From assembly GCA_963796965.1 (NCBI GenBank), contig CAWCNS010000005.1, forward strand, positions 160,001 through 224,000: a stretch of 64,000 nt of DNA. The letters are read 5' to 3'. Within the stretch, counting starts at the first letter, position 1. Each line of letters starts with the position of its first letter. A program made the position numbers and the translations under genes. The notes below the pieces were generated by a model. The model did not search any database. It saw only the letters and a program-made list of their open reading frames with translations, and was not told the origin of the DNA. Shown here piece after piece: positions 22,807 to 35,683 of the stretch. Origin of the DNA: Calditrichia bacterium. Its GTDB lineage: Bacteria > Calditrichota > Calditrichia > JAJRVZ01.

Positions 22807-23925
22807 TTATAGTAATAGTTCTGCAAATATTTTTTCATATTTATCTACGGCGTTTTCAATTGTTAAGTGATGGGAATAATATTTAATAATTTCCTGTGCA
22901 TCAAATGAAATAGAATTATTTAATAATTGAGATACTGCATCAACCATTTCCTCAAAGTTTTCAACAATTATGCCTAGATTGTTTTCTTTGATTAGACCAT
23001 CTGGATCAAAAAATGAGACGATTGGAATTCCCCGGGACCATGCCTGAAGAAATGTATTCGGAAATCCCTCGTACGCGGATGTATTAATAAAAAGTTTACA
23101 CCTGTTAAAACTTATTTCAACTTCATCAAATGGAAGAAATCCCCTATACGTAAAATTTTTTATAATTTCGCCTTCAGCAATGACCAACTTTAAAGTCTCT
23201 TCCTCAGAATTGACGTTGTTTGAGTTCCCTCCAATCATTACAAATTTCTCATTCGGAAATCTTTTTGCGAGTTCTAAAAATAGATGAGGATTTTTTTGTT
23301 TGGCAAAACTTCCAATCCATAAAATTTCCTCCTTTATGATTCTACTTATGCGATTGTTTCTAAATCCATTATAAATCTTAACAGATTTTCTTTTAAAATT
23401 TTGAGAGACTAATTGCTGTTGCTTTTCATTTTGAGTTACAATTACATCACTTTGTTTTAATCCCCATAAATATAAAAGTCGATCTCTAATATTCAATCGA
23501 TGTTTTAATATTTGTAAATCAAAATCGGGATCGTTTGCTCCACAATATACGGTTTTACTCTTAATAATTTTTGAATAGAGGGCAACAACTGCAAGTAAGA
23601 ATCCAGCAGATCGTACATAGTAAATATCAGCGTTTGTTTTGTTCAGGGCTTTCCAAATCTTCAAAAGTCTAGGATAAAAAAATCTCAGTCCAGGAATCCC
23701 ATCATCTTCTCTAAAGGAAGCATATACCATAAAGGAATTAATATTTTCAATTTTGGGCTGTGCATGATCTTTCGTTATAAAACTTACTTCATAACCACGA
23801 TCGGATAGCACAGAGGCCAGTAAAAGTTGTTGTAGTTCAGCTCCACCAATAAATTGAATCTGTCTCTGAGGTCTAAGTAATGGGTAAATGTCTTGAGCAA
23901 CAAAACAAATTTTATATTTTTTCAT
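22807..23925 (-). CDS. Glycosyltransferase family 4
   Basis: GGAELQ, KQKNP and EGFPNTFLQAWSRGIPIVS. Confidence 0.92.
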   Translation of the reverse strand: MKKYKICFVAQDIYPLLRPQRQIQFIGGAELQQLLLASVLSDRGYEVSFITKDHAQPKIENINSFMVYASFREDDGIPGLRFFYPRLLKIWKALNKTNADIYYVRSAGFLLAVVALYSKIIKSKTVYCGANDPDFDLQILKHRLNIRDRLLYLWGLKQSDVIVTQNEKQQQLVSQNFKRKSVKIYNGFRNNRISRIIKEEILWIGSFAKQKNPHLFLELAKRFPNEKFVMIGGNSNNVNSEEETLKLVIAEGEIIKNFTYRGFLPFDEVEISFNRCKLFINTSAYEGFPNTFLQAWSRGIPIVSFFDPDGLIKENNLGIIVENFEEMVDAVSQLLNNSISFDAQEIIKYYSHHLTIENAVDKYEKIFAELLL

Positions 23926-25330
23926 TTAGCATTTCTTTAGAAGTGTTAAGTAAATTTAGAAATACAAAAGCACCACCTAGCGTTAACCAAAGAAAACTAT
24001 TTTGTAAATCCGGAAAAAAAGAGCGGCCGGTAAGGCCAGCAATAAGATACGATATGATAGAAATTAGAAAGCCATAATAGAACTCTCTAATCTTTGAATC
24101 CTCAATTATATGTAAATTTGTATATAATGCCTTCAAGAGGAATGCAAAGATTAATATAAAGGCTACTAAACCAATAACACCACTTTCTAAAATCGCCTCT
24201 ATATACATGTTATGTGGATGTTTTACATCTAAAATATAGCCATTTTTAGCAGCATCTGTAAGAACTATACCGTATCGTCCTTCACCAATCATTAACTGTC
24301 CTGGTTTTTCCTGATATTCTTCAATCAGAGGCATCCATATGTTCTCAATTCTTCCTGCGGATATATCTTCACTACTTCTCTCACCAATACCAACCTGAGT
24401 CTTTGAATAATACTTGTGGCAATTGCAAATGATAGAATAATACCAACGATTATATATACGGGGATTAGCTTTGCCCGTTTAGAGATTATTAAAAATAATA
24501 CAATTGCAATTAAAATAGTTAAATAGGACGTCCTGGAATACGTAAAGCCTGCAGCAATAAAATTGATTCCTAAACTACTAAAACTTAACCAGTTCTTTTT
24601 ATAAAAAAAAATTCCTAAAGATAGAGGAAATGCCAAAATATAAAAGTCTGCTATTGCATTCCGATGCATTCCAAGTTCAGTAAGATAAAATTGATTTACA
24701 CTATCGACATTTCCCCAATCACGAATTAGAAATATATTAATCACAATTATGATTATCGACAGCATTAACAATGACAAACTGATTATATTCGCCAAATATT
24801 TTAAATCGTCGATTGTTTTAATGTATAATACTACAACGAAAAACGGAATGAAATATATCAATGGCTTAAAATAATCTGAAAGTAAAAACTGAGTTTCTGT
24901 TAGCGCTTCTCTTTCAGCACTCATAAACATTAGATTAATTACATCTAAGAACGGGAAATAATGACCGTGCTATGCTTACGCTGAAAAGAACAAATACAGT
25001 AGCGGAAAATACTTTTGATTGAAGAGATAAGTGAGAAGCATTTTTGATATTAATTATAGCAATAAACATGATAAAAGACCCGCAAAAATTTGTAAAGGTT
25101 TTGTGCCTGGTATCCCCAAGACCGAATTATTAAAATACTCGGTGCCGGTGAATGGCAAAAAAATAATAAATAACGATAAAATCTTTATTGGATTTTTATA
25201 GAAAAATAGGAATAAAAGCTATTGAAATCGGAAGAAAAAAGGCAAGCAAAAATGAATTAATCATAAATAAACCTGCGATTAACCCTAATAGTATATAATA
25301 TATAATTTCTATTTTTTTAGATGAGTCCAA
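23912..25330 (-). CDS. O-antigen ligase/polymerase (Wzy-like) family; several frameshifts
   Basis: Many TM segments, TYSRTSY, IGEG and HPHNMYIEAILESGVIG. A hydrophobic N-terminal part is traceable upstream to a TTG at ~25330. Confidence 0.8.
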
Positions 25331-25489
25331 AAATCAATCACTCACAATAATTGGTGTATGTGTAATAGATTAATAAAACTATTTTCTTTTTAAATCTTAT
25401 GGGAATTAGTCAAATACTTTAAAACAATAAATATGGGGGATTGGAAAAAATATCATCGTTGCAGGCCAAATAATTAAATTATTCTTGAT

Positions 25490-26966
25490 TTATTTTATAT
25501 AAACCAATTTTTTAGAAATTTTTGTGTTATTATATTTACTTTTGGTAACGCTTATTGAATAGATATAAACACCTGAAGCAAATTCCCTTCCAAAATCTAC
25601 CTTACTCACTTCCATTGAAATTTATGTATCCCTTTATTCTGACGTCCACTATAAATTTCTCGATATTTCTACCGCCAAGATCACTGATTAATAGTAGAAC
25701 TTCTGCAGATTCGGGAAGTTCATACATGATTGTCGTATTTGAGTTAAATGGATTAGGATAATTATTAAATAAAACAAAATTTTTCAATCTTGGAATGTCT
25801 GCGGATACAATTTGATGCTGAGTGACTATGCCATCGAAAGAAACATCAGATATTCTATAATTGTATAATTCGCCAGGATTTATATTGTTGTCAAAATATT
25901 CATATTCTTTCCCAACGGCAGAATTACCAGCCCCTTCAACGAAATCAATCCTACTGAAGGAGTTTTCGATATTTAGTTTTTTCTCAATGATCCAGCCGGC
26001 ATTATTCAACTCGGACATCGTTTTCCACTTAAGAGAAACGGCATTGTTCTGATAAGTTGCGTAGAAATTTACCAATTCAACAGGAAGAGATACATCTGGA
26101 AAAAATACCTCATAGATTCTTCCATCGGCATAATTATCTGCCATGCCATCTGCGATATAGATAGATTCTGCAGAACTACTATAAGAACTTTCTCCGAAAG
26201 TTAAGCCTTGGGCAGCATTGGGAACGGGATCAATATCTGATAAATCATAGGTATCAAGAAATTGACCACTTAGATTGTATTCATAAATTATATTCTCAGG
26301 ACTTGAAATGATAAATAAATGGTTCGACCTTTGGTGGTGTGTAATTCCCTCTGGATCTTGAATTCTACCACTCACGCTAAAACTCTCGCCTGATAGATGA
26401 GAAAGATTAGATCCATTTACTTCAACAACAACTATTTTTTTATCACCTGACTGGCCGTCAGCGTATATAGAGGTGATTATTGGAAAGATTTACAGTAACA
26501 CCTTCAGGGTCATCCATATTGAACGGTGAATTTTTCAGGTACCATTCGCCAGTTTTTGTAAAGGAGCCAGATATAATCTTATAGGCATATAATGAGTACG
26601 TGTTGTCATTGGTAATATAATAGGTATTGTTATTTGAATTATAACAAATTCCGGTTGGTTCTAGATCATCTGATACCGTTACATAGCTGTGCAGGAGGCT
26701 ATTGCCCATAAGATTAGTCTCAAAAATATTTTTATTATTCCAGTAACCAAATTCATTAATCTCTGAATCTGATATAAATAAGGTGTTCGTATCCGGATTA
26801 TAAGTAATACCGGCGACATCGGTGCTTGGAATTACACCTCCATTCCATAAATCAAAATGCCTGATCTTGATTAGTTCACCACCAAGTACCTGTGAAAAAT
26901 TCATTATGATATATACATTGATCAGAAAATATTTGAAATGGATCTTTACTTTAGTAAAGTATGCAT
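25490..26966 (-). CDS. Secreted beta-propeller (SdiA-regulated-like) protein with C-terminal sorting domain; frameshifted
   Basis: Repeated D/EPxGIT blades, LPVELVNF and NNYPNPFN. The terminal ASGVYIYSI...SKKLVYIK-stop ends at 25490. Start is approximate. Confidence 0.75.
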
Positions 26967-27177
26967 GATTGCTTTCGATGTTCCTAACTCCTCTATTGCA
27001 ACTTTAGACATCTGATTGTCGTCATGTCATGTATCTAACTAAACAATCGAGTTAGATATTTCAGAGATAATTATAAATAATCTGGGGATAATCATGCATT
27101 AATATATTTTAACTATCTTTAGCAATACAACTATATAAACTATCATTATTTTTTTATTGTTCTTATCATTTCTCGAT

Positions 27178-27982
27178 CTACGATCTTGTTTCTATATTAT
27201 TTAATATTTTATCTCGTTCAAAGAATAATTGTTCATTTATTTTGCTTTTATCAAGACTATTAGATGAATTATCGATATTTATAATTGCCATACCTGAATC
27301 TGCCAATGACTCAATTGCAAAACTTAAAGCCTTTTGTGATCGAAAGAGGTACTCTTCAACTTCCTTCTCCTTTTTACCCTCCAGCCTCTCAGGCAGCTTC
27401 CGGGCCATAATTCTCTCTTTACAAACCTTTAGATCAGCATGCGTGTAAATTAATAAATCTGTTTTAGGGATTTTTAAGATGTATTCTTTTATTTCATTAA
27501 AATTTATTTTATTCTCACTTGTTGAAACAAATATTGAAATTATCTTATGAATAAATCCTTCATCTAATATAAAGTTTATCTTATTTTTGCTTGATATTCT
27601 TGCCATCTGGTAGTGCCCGGATGTCCAAAGAAACCAGTTGATTATCTTTTCCTTGTCCTCTCTTGGAATTGACCTTTCTAGGGTTCGTTGATACAATTCC
27701 ATTAGAATGCCTGGCTCATTTTTTACAAATTCTAGTCTGACATTTATCCTTGTAGAGGACTTCAAATAATTTATACGCAATTCTTTTTTGGAAAGCAGGT
27801 GTAAATATCCCACAGGCAATTTTAAAAATTTTTTCACTAAGGAAAGGATTATTGCTGGTAAATATTAAATTATATTCATCATATATTTTTCCCCCTAAAT
27901 CCTTTATGTGATTTTTTATTATTGGTATTAACGAACTTTTTCCAGATCCGGGAATACCAGTAACTTCAATTACTTTCATCAA
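27178..27982 (-). CDS. P-loop kinase (NMP/deoxynucleoside-kinase-like); frameshift near 27830
   Basis: IEVTGIPGSGKSS Walker A, FILDEGFIH and a lid-like CKERIMAR. Confidence 0.75.
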
Positions 27983-29380
27983 ATGAATTTCCAGATTTCA
28001 TTTTTAATAACCGAAAGTGTTTTGTCTCTACCATTCATTGTATCAATTACAATGCGACCGTTTTGTTGTTCCCGGATCAACTGATTTACAGCATTTATTT
28101 TACTTTTCAGCTGTTTTATGAAGATTGCATCAACGTCCTCTTTTTTTCTTTTACTATATTCAGAGAGTTCAACTGATAAGATAAAGATATAGTCCGGATT
28201 GTTGATTTTCTCGTAATATTGACGTTCCAAATTGAACCAAAATCCGTTTTTTTTTAATCTTGGACCATCCATAGGCTGTTCCATTTGCCAGAATTCTTTT
28301 AGGGGGAATCTGTCATAAATTACTATCTTCCCTTGATTCTTTATCTTTTCCATTTGAATAAATAGTCTATATCTATGCCAGGCTAACCAAGTCCATCTGA
28401 TGGCATTGAGTTGATTTACTATTACCGACCACTGAAATTTTTCGGTTACTCTCAATATTTGATTGAAAAATTTCCAGATGAGTTTTCTTTTAGGAATTCC
28501 CATATAAGCAGTTTCTATTGATAGTTTCCAGGATAGCCACTTACTTATATTTTTTACGGTACTTGTTTTTCCTGAACCATCAGCGCCAACAAAGGCAATC
28601 GTTAAACCACCAGGTCCTATCCAATTTGATGATACTTTAGAGGCAATCCTCCTCAGACTTTTTATTGTAAATAGATTCAATGCAATTCAAATATTTATAT
28701 TGAATTAGAAGTTTTTTTATTCCCAGATGTAATCGAATAGCTTGAGCCAGTGATAGATTTAATAATTTTTCCACATCAGCGTTATTTGTGAGTTTAACCA
28801 GATTAGGAAATTGGTTTTTTAGACCGTCTAAAATTTTTCTATCATCTATATTATTTTTAAGATATTTAAGTTCTTCTTTGATATTTATAGGGATTATCTG
28901 TCTACGAACAATCGCTCTCAATATATCTCGCATAGTAAATCTTATCTTTAATATGGTTCGAAGTATTAAAATTAATAATTCTAATTCTGGGTGGATTGTG
29001 AATATTCTATATGTTTTATTGAAAACCTTTGTGTTCAGGATGATCTTTTCGAGATCTAATCTATAAAATTTTTGCAGACTCTTTCCAAAAATTAATTTAT
29101 AGTGCACATGTAAATGAATTAACTTACCCGATTCTGGATCAAAAGCAATATAATCTTCCATGCCGGGATAAGTTTTGTCTGCTGTTGATATCCTTCTTTT
29201 AGCACCTGCGTGAACCATGCATTGCTGAAATTTGTTGGTATCTCCGATTGCAACTAACAGGTCGAAATCAGTTAATGATTGGAATGAGCGATCAAGATGG
29301 GCGTTACTTTTCCAACTACAGTAGTTAATATTTTCGTGTTCTAGTTTTTCAAAGATATAATTTATGTAACTATTTGACAT
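27979..29380 (-). CDS. Nucleotidyltransferase-like plus thymidylate-kinase-like protein (probably one frameshifted gene)
   Basis: N-terminal YCSWKSN..L..S...LTDFDLLV (DxD) and HLHVH. C-terminal FVGADGSGKTS and VIYDRFP. The two ORFs overlap at 28637-28680. Confidence 0.7.
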
Positions 29381-29414
29381 GTTATGATCTCTTTTTTCTT
29401 AATAAACAGTTTGG

Positions 29415-30944
29415 TCACTTCAATATATCTTTCCCAATTAATTTATTAATAATTCTTTTTTCTTCTGCTAAAAACGCATTATTAAAATAAGACAAGATTA
29501 GATAGATCAATCCGAGGCTAAAGATTATAGCAAGTAGAGAAATCCAACCGGTAATAAAGCCTCGTAAAAGAAATCCAATACCTATTATCATAATACAATT
29601 TAGCGAAATCCTAAATAGGCTTTCAAGGGGGAGGGTTAACTTCACTAAGCGATAAGACATATAGTACTCATATATTTTTTTAAATACCATTGCACTTGAA
29701 GTAGCGATGGCAACCCCCATAATACCCCATATATGAATTAAAAGAATATCCATAATCAGATTGTAAATAGAAGATAATTTTCCAGCTAGAATGACTTCAG
29801 GTTTTTCGATAGCTTTAAGAGGAAGGGCAACGGGAAATACTTTCATCAAAAAGTGTATGAATAAAACCAGCATAACGTAATAGCTGCTAAGGAATCTTTC
29901 GTCAAAAAAGTACACAATGATCGGTTTTCCCAAAACAATAAATGCACTAAATATAGGAAAGATGGCATAAGCATTAAATTTTACAACGAAATGAAACATC
30001 TTATTCAATTCATTTTTATCTCCGGTCTGAGAAAAGCGTGCAAAATAAGCTGGCGTAATTACATTAATGAATAAGCGAGAAGGTAACAGCTCTGATATCA
30101 TTCGTCCAATTCGGGCGGCGAAAGCATAATATCCTAATTGAATGGTTCCTAAATAATGAGATATGACAAAAAGATCGGTTGAAATATCAATAAAAAGAAC
30201 GCCGATTTCATTAAACAGGCTGAAAGAACTATATCTAAAGATTCGTTTTAATAGAGATTTACGGTCAAAAACAGTATTTTTTGCATTATTTGTGTTATTT
30301 AAGGCTTTTTTGTAAAAAATATAAGCAATTATCATAAATAGAAAAGAGGCAATTAAATCAGCGATTAAAACGTGATATAATCCAAATCCCAGTGAAAAGA
30401 AAATGCTAATAAATGTGCCTTTTATTAAAAGATAAATGATATTGGCAATAACACTATACTTATGTAAGAAGATCGATTGTAATATTACTCGTAACAATTG
30501 GGCCTGAAAAAGAAATATCAGACTTAATACAAAAATAGGAAAATAAATTTGATAATCGGTGAGATTAAAAAAATTTCCTATAAAATCAAGGGAAATATTA
30601 ATAAACAAAAAAATCAGGAGAGATAAAGCAAATCTAAATATCAGACCTGACTTTGCGACCCATTGAAACTTTGACATTTCCTTTGATTGGAAGAACTCGG
30701 GTAAATACCTTGAAGCACCTTCCAGTATTCCGAAAGAGGATAAAATATTTAAATAGACAGAAGTTCCTAACAAAAGATTATATATACCATATTCAGAAGT
30801 GGAGAGATATTTAATTAATAACCAGGCAATGGCTATGCTAATTATTTTTTCAAAGACCTGTCCGGATATAGAAAATATTGAACTCTGTCTGATTTGGGCG
30901 ATGCTTAATTTATTTTTATTTTCCATTTGATATACAAATAACAA
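29415..30944 (-). CDS. wzx: Wzx-type oligosaccharide flippase
   Basis: 12-14 TM segments, LSTSEYGIY, DLFVISHYLG..QLGYY and WGIMGVAIAT. Confidence 0.9.
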   Translation of the reverse strand: MLFVYQMENKNKLSIAQIRQSSIFSISGQVFEKIISIAIAWLLIKYLSTSEYGIYNLLLGTSVYLNILSSFGILEGASRYLPEFFQSKEMSKFQWVAKSGLIFRFALSLLIFLFINISLDFIGNFFNLTDYQIYFPIFVLSLIFLFQAQLLRVILQSIFLHKYSVIANIIYLLIKGTFISIFFSLGFGLYHVLIADLIASFLFMIIAYIFYKKALNNTNNAKNTVFDRKSLLKRIFRYSSFSLFNEIGVLFIDISTDLFVISHYLGTIQLGYYAFAARIGRMISELLPSRLFINVITPAYFARFSQTGDKNELNKMFHFVVKFNAYAIFPIFSAFIVLGKPIIVYFFDERFLSSYYVMLVLFIHFLMKVFPVALPLKAIEKPEVILAGKLSSIYNLIMDILLIHIWGIMGVAIATSSAMVFKKIYEYYMSYRLVKLTLPLESLFRISLNCIMIIGIGFLLRGFITGWISLLAIIFSLGLIYLILSYFNNAFLAEEKRIINKLIGKDILK

Positions 30945-30965
30945 TGTCGATTGTTAAAAAGGGTT

Positions 30966-32183
30966 TTATCGCAAAAGTTGTTTATATGCGTCGATTAGTT
31001 TCGGTTCCTCGTGTACCCATTGTAGATTTTGTAAAACACGTTGATATCCAAAGTTACCCATTACTACTCTTTTTCCTGGATTATTTACTAAATACAATAT
31101 TTTTTCTGCAAAATCATGTATATCATTCGGTTTAGCATAGAGTGATGCCTCCTGAGCTGAGAACTTTCCTTCTTTTAGATCATATTGAACAATGGGTTTG
31201 CCCAGAGCCATATACTCCATCACTTTGTTCATTGTAGATTTATCGTTCATGGCATTCCATATATCAGGATTTACACAGATATCGGCAGTATTCAATATAC
31301 GTAATAGTTCCTCGTTTGGGATTCTATCTGTAAAGTTTACATAGTCATTTAGATGCAATTCCGAACACAATCGTTTCATCTCATCCAGAGCTGGGCCACT
31401 TCCACAAATAGTACAGTGAAAATCATCATATTTAAAGCTGTTGAGTATCATATTGATTGATTTTAATAGATGGTCGATCCCTTCTTGTTGACCGATCACA
31501 CCTACATAACCAATCAATATTCTTTTTCCGTATTTAAGATTCTCATCGGGAGGCAAAATTTTCAACCTTTTCAGATCTGGACCACTACGGACGACAAAGA
31601 CTTTATCAGCGCTCATTCTGCCTCGTGTTAGCGCAATCTCTTTGTATGAATTATTTGTGGCAATGGATATATCTGCAGATTTAAACGTCAACTTTTCCAA
31701 TAGTAATAGTAATCTATAAAAAAAGTTTTTTTTATTGAATTTTGCAATAAACAATTCAGGATTTATATCATGATGATCAAAAACAAATTGTACACCGAAC
31801 AATTTATAAAGAAGTGCAATTATAAATATGAGATCTGGAGGATTACAGGCATGGATGACATTGAATTTATATTTAAAGTAAATTTTTATTGATAAAATAA
31901 ACTCCCAGAAAAGAGCAAGAGAATATTCAAGAGCAAAACCCATAAATCCCTTTGCTTCGACCGAGAGCGGATGTCTGAAAATGTGAATACCGTTAATCAG
32001 CTCAAAAGATTTTTCATACCCCTTTCCCTTTGGGCATATTATATAAATGCCGGCTCCCGCTTTTTTAAGTGTTTGTGCCTCTTGCCACACTCTTCGATCG
32101 AATGGAACCGGCAGGTTCTCCACTATTATTAGAATATTCTTACCAACTAATTCCAAAATAATTCTCCCTGGATAGAAATTCAT
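30966..32183 (-). CDS. Glycosyltransferase family 4
   Basis: ENLPVPFDRRVWQEA, HACNPPD and STMNKVMEYMALGKPIV. Confidence 0.93.
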   Translation of the reverse strand: MNFYPGRIILELVGKNILIIVENLPVPFDRRVWQEAQTLKKAGAGIYIICPKGKGYEKSFELINGIHIFRHPLSVEAKGFMGFALEYSLALFWEFILSIKIYFKYKFNVIHACNPPDLIFIIALLYKLFGVQFVFDHHDINPELFIAKFNKKNFFYRLLLLLEKLTFKSADISIATNNSYKEIALTRGRMSADKVFVVRSGPDLKRLKILPPDENLKYGKRILIGYVGVIGQQEGIDHLLKSINMILNSFKYDDFHCTICGSGPALDEMKRLCSELHLNDYVNFTDRIPNEELLRILNTADICVNPDIWNAMNDKSTMNKVMEYMALGKPIVQYDLKEGKFSAQEASLYAKPNDIHDFAEKILYLVNNPGKRVVMGNFGYQRVLQNLQWVHEEPKLIDAYKQLLR

Positions 32184-33447
32184 CGTCTAGTCGAACTAAA
32201 TCAAAAATAATTTTGTCTGTGACGCTAAGTAGACTGCCTTTAAATTCCTCTTCTTTGTTTGAGATTATTAAAATTTCTGAATCTCGTATTATTTGATTTA
32301 TATCATTATTGATTAAATTTGACAGGTGAGGTATGTGGGCTTCAATATATGCTTTATTTGTCCCCGTAAGTTTTGATAGATGGACATTTCTATCATATAT
32401 TTGAACCTGATATCCTTTCCCTAATAAAGTTTCAACTACAGTGACAATCGGACTATTTCGTAAGTCATCGGTACCGGCTTTGAAACTTAATCCCAAAAAT
32501 CCCAGTTTCTTTTTTTTTGTATCTATAATTTTGTTAATCACCCTCTCAATTTGTAGACTATTAGAACGACTAATGTTTTCAATAATGGGTAAATCGATAT
32601 AATTATCATGTGCAAGTGTTTGCAGTCCTTTTAAATCTTTTGGGAGACAAGAACCACCATAAGCAAAACCCGGTTTAAAATAATAAGGGGAGATATTTAG
32701 TTGTCTATCTTTAATAAAAATTTCCATAACGTGGTGGGAGTCAATTCCAAGAGAATGGCATAAATTTCCTATTTCATTTGCAAATCCAACTTTAAGTGCA
32801 TGGAATGTGTTATTGATATATTTTATAATTTCTGCGACTTTAATATCTTTTATAATTAATTCCCCTGGGAGATCTTTGTACAACAAGGCAAGCTTCTGCG
32901 CTGAATCCTCATTTTTGGCGCCTATCAAGGTAAAGGGTGGATTATAATAATCGTTTACGGCACTTCCTTCTCTTAAGAATTCGGGATTTGATAGTATCGA
33001 AAAGTCGATTTCGGGAATTTTTCCTGAATTCTCGGCGACTATTTCGGCGAATTTGTCGCAAGTTGATGGCTCGACGGTTGACCTGATAGCAATAATATGA
33101 AATTGTTCTTTCTTTTTTAATACCTGTCCAAATTGTTGAGCAACTTCAAATATGTAATCTAATTTGAGATGTCCTGTTTGTGAAGAAGGAGTACCTACTG
33201 CAACAATTGAAATTTCACTATGCATAATTGCATCAAAATAATCAGTTGTTGCGCGAATATTCCCAAGTTTTTGTTGTTCTTTTATAATATGGTCAATATC
33301 TTTCTCAATAATTGTAGCCTTGCCTGAATTAATTTGATTTACTTTGGTTGAATTGGTATCTACTCCTATGACGTTATGACCATTTTGCGCCAGACATCCA
33401 AGACTAACACATCCAACGTATCCTAATCCAAAAATACTAATCTCCAC
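32140..33447 (-). CDS. UDP-glucose/GDP-mannose 6-dehydrogenase family
   Basis: GLGYVG, NPEFLREG, FAYGGSCLPKD (catalytic Cys) and FKAGTDDLRNSP. Confidence 0.95.
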   Translation of the reverse strand: MEISIFGLGYVGCVSLGCLAQNGHNVIGVDTNSTKVNQINSGKATIIEKDIDHIIKEQQKLGNIRATTDYFDAIMHSEISIVAVGTPSSQTGHLKLDYIFEVAQQFGQVLKKKEQFHIIAIRSTVEPSTCDKFAEIVAENSGKIPEIDFSILSNPEFLREGSAVNDYYNPPFTLIGAKNEDSAQKLALLYKDLPGELIIKDIKVAEIIKYINNTFHALKVGFANEIGNLCHSLGIDSHHVMEIFIKDRQLNISPYYFKPGFAYGGSCLPKDLKGLQTLAHDNYIDLPIIENISRSNSLQIERVINKIIDTKKKKLGFLGLSFKAGTDDLRNSPIVTVVETLLGKGYQVQIYDRNVHLSKLTGTNKAYIEAHIPHLSNLINNDINQIIRDSEILIISNKEEEFKGSLLSVTDKIIFDLVRLDDEFLSRENYFGISW

Positions 33448-35381
33448 ATTTATCTCCGATTTTTATTATTGTTTGAAATTTAATCGAACGGTCAATTTTT
33501 AATTTTGAATAAATAACAGGGCAGGGTGTCTTTTGATAAAATGCTGTTGAATACCAACCTAATATGGGCTCTTGGCTGCCATTTACCAACACTGGATTTA
33601 ATTTATTGTCCATATGTAATAGAATGGTGTCCTCATTAGGTAATATTAGTTCATATATATTCGTTTGGTCTTTTTTAATTTTAATTTCTGGATGTAAATG
33701 TAAAGGAAATTCTATCACAACATCTTTATTTGATCCCATTTCAATCGAATCTTCAATAATAACAATATTCTCTAATTTATTTAGATTTATCTTTCGATAA
33801 TGAATGATCTCTTGGGAACTATATCCATCATGGCTTGTGTGTATCATATCAGATTCCCTACTTGAATAGGACTCTATTAATTTGGTCTGATAACGATTTG
33901 TCCAGAGTGTAGGACCTCCATTTTCTGCTTGGTTCTGTTCATTCATTCGGATGGTATTATGGGCAAGAGTACCAATAAAATATTGGCGCCATTCGTGATC
34001 TGAATGATAACAATACGTACCGGAGTCTATGAAAACAGGGTATCCGTTATAATGTAACGAAAACGAGAGGGCATCAGCATGGCCATGTGCTGCTATCGAA
34101 AGGTAACCCAAAGATCCTGAGTTGAAATGTAGGAGTAATTCTTTATTAGCAATGATGTTTCTTAGAATAAAATGTCCTTCCTGAGGGAAAAAAATTGAAC
34201 TTTTTATAACTTTATCTTCTGGTATAGAATTAAAAGCATTGTGTCCTTTGCCTCCAAAGAGAATTTCATTTTTTAAATCATAACCCTTTGATCCAGATTT
34301 TAATATTTTATCACTAAAAAGAATTGCTCCCGAAATCAACAAGGATTCAAGATTATTAATAGTAGGTGAAAAGTCTAAAATAAAGGCCATGCCATCATCT
34401 GCATCCCCATATTGTGGAATCTTTCCTTTTGAATCGATCAAGTTATATATATAATAAATTATTTGTCTTAATTTATTGTTATAGCTGGCGGAAAAATTGT
34501 TGTTGGTTTTACTCCCTATTAAGTGAACAATTAGAAGAAAATCAGTTACAAATTGAATATAGCCAGAAGCTTCCTCCCGGTTAATACCATTTATACTATG
34601 CTGGCGGTGGATCTCAGTCTCCAGAATCTTTTTTGCATATTTATTCCATCGGCTGGATTCAGAAAATTTCCAATAAGAGGAGGCTACAAATAGACCTGCA
34701 GCCTCAGCAATTCGGTGATTGTTTGCTGATGAATACTTTGAAGGATTTGAGTAAGAATAAACGCAATGTAAATATATTAGAGGTATCCATTTTTCTGTGA
34801 CAAATATTTTAAATTTGGCGTTTTTATCGATTAAGTTGTTAACTTCTAGAATTCTCCCAGCAAAAAAGCCAGGTGATTAATCGAATGTTTATTTCAATAT
34901 TACTATGCCAGTTTACTCCAATTAAAAAAGGATTGAACGTAATCCAGGAAACAATGATATCTTTGAAATGCTCCAAGTAGATGGCATTGTTACTAGCCCG
35001 AAATTGCATTGCTAGTTTTGTGAGATACTGTAGGCGATTGACTTCCCAGACGTATTTTGCATTACCGGCCTCATCTGTTCTGATATTGATATCCTTTGAA
35101 AAGATATTTGGAAATATTTTTCCAGATTTTATATCTAAATTCCAATTAATCTTCTTCATATAGTCTATTTTTTTGTCAAATATATTAAAAGATGTGTCGT
35201 AGTCGTTAAATTCAATATCAAAATTAAATAGTTGTAGAGGAAAGGTAGTTATCTTGACATCTGGAAATATTCCTGTTTTTAATCGTTTCTCAGAATTTTT
35301 TTGTATGTATTGTTTCAGGCGAAAAAACATCTCAGCAGTAGACATACTGCGCAGTCGATTGATATACCATTTATAATTCAT
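33437..35381 (-). CDS. Heparinase II/III-family protein; frameshift near 34845
   Basis: KYVWEVNRLQ, GVNW and SSANNH (in the intervening frame), then GDADDG, AHGHADALSF, DSGTYCY and AHNT. Confidence 0.88.
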
Positions 35382-35683
35382 ATATGTAATTATAGTTAAT
35401 AATTTATTTTTATGATTCTGAATTAGTGCTTTAACAATCTTAGGCGAAAAGAATGGTGCGATAAGTCTCAGGTTTAAGTCAGATTAAAATAATTTCCAAA
35501 TTAGTTTGTATCCGCGTCCTTTTTTGTGAATGATCTTAAATTGGAATTTGAATTGTTTAGAATATAGCGTCAGTGATGCCCAGGCCACTTTATAGATTTT
35601 TCGGCAAAGAAGAGGTATTAGGTAAGCAGATATACATTTAAACAAGATATTATTCTAAAGAAATTAAGACTAAAATATAGAAC

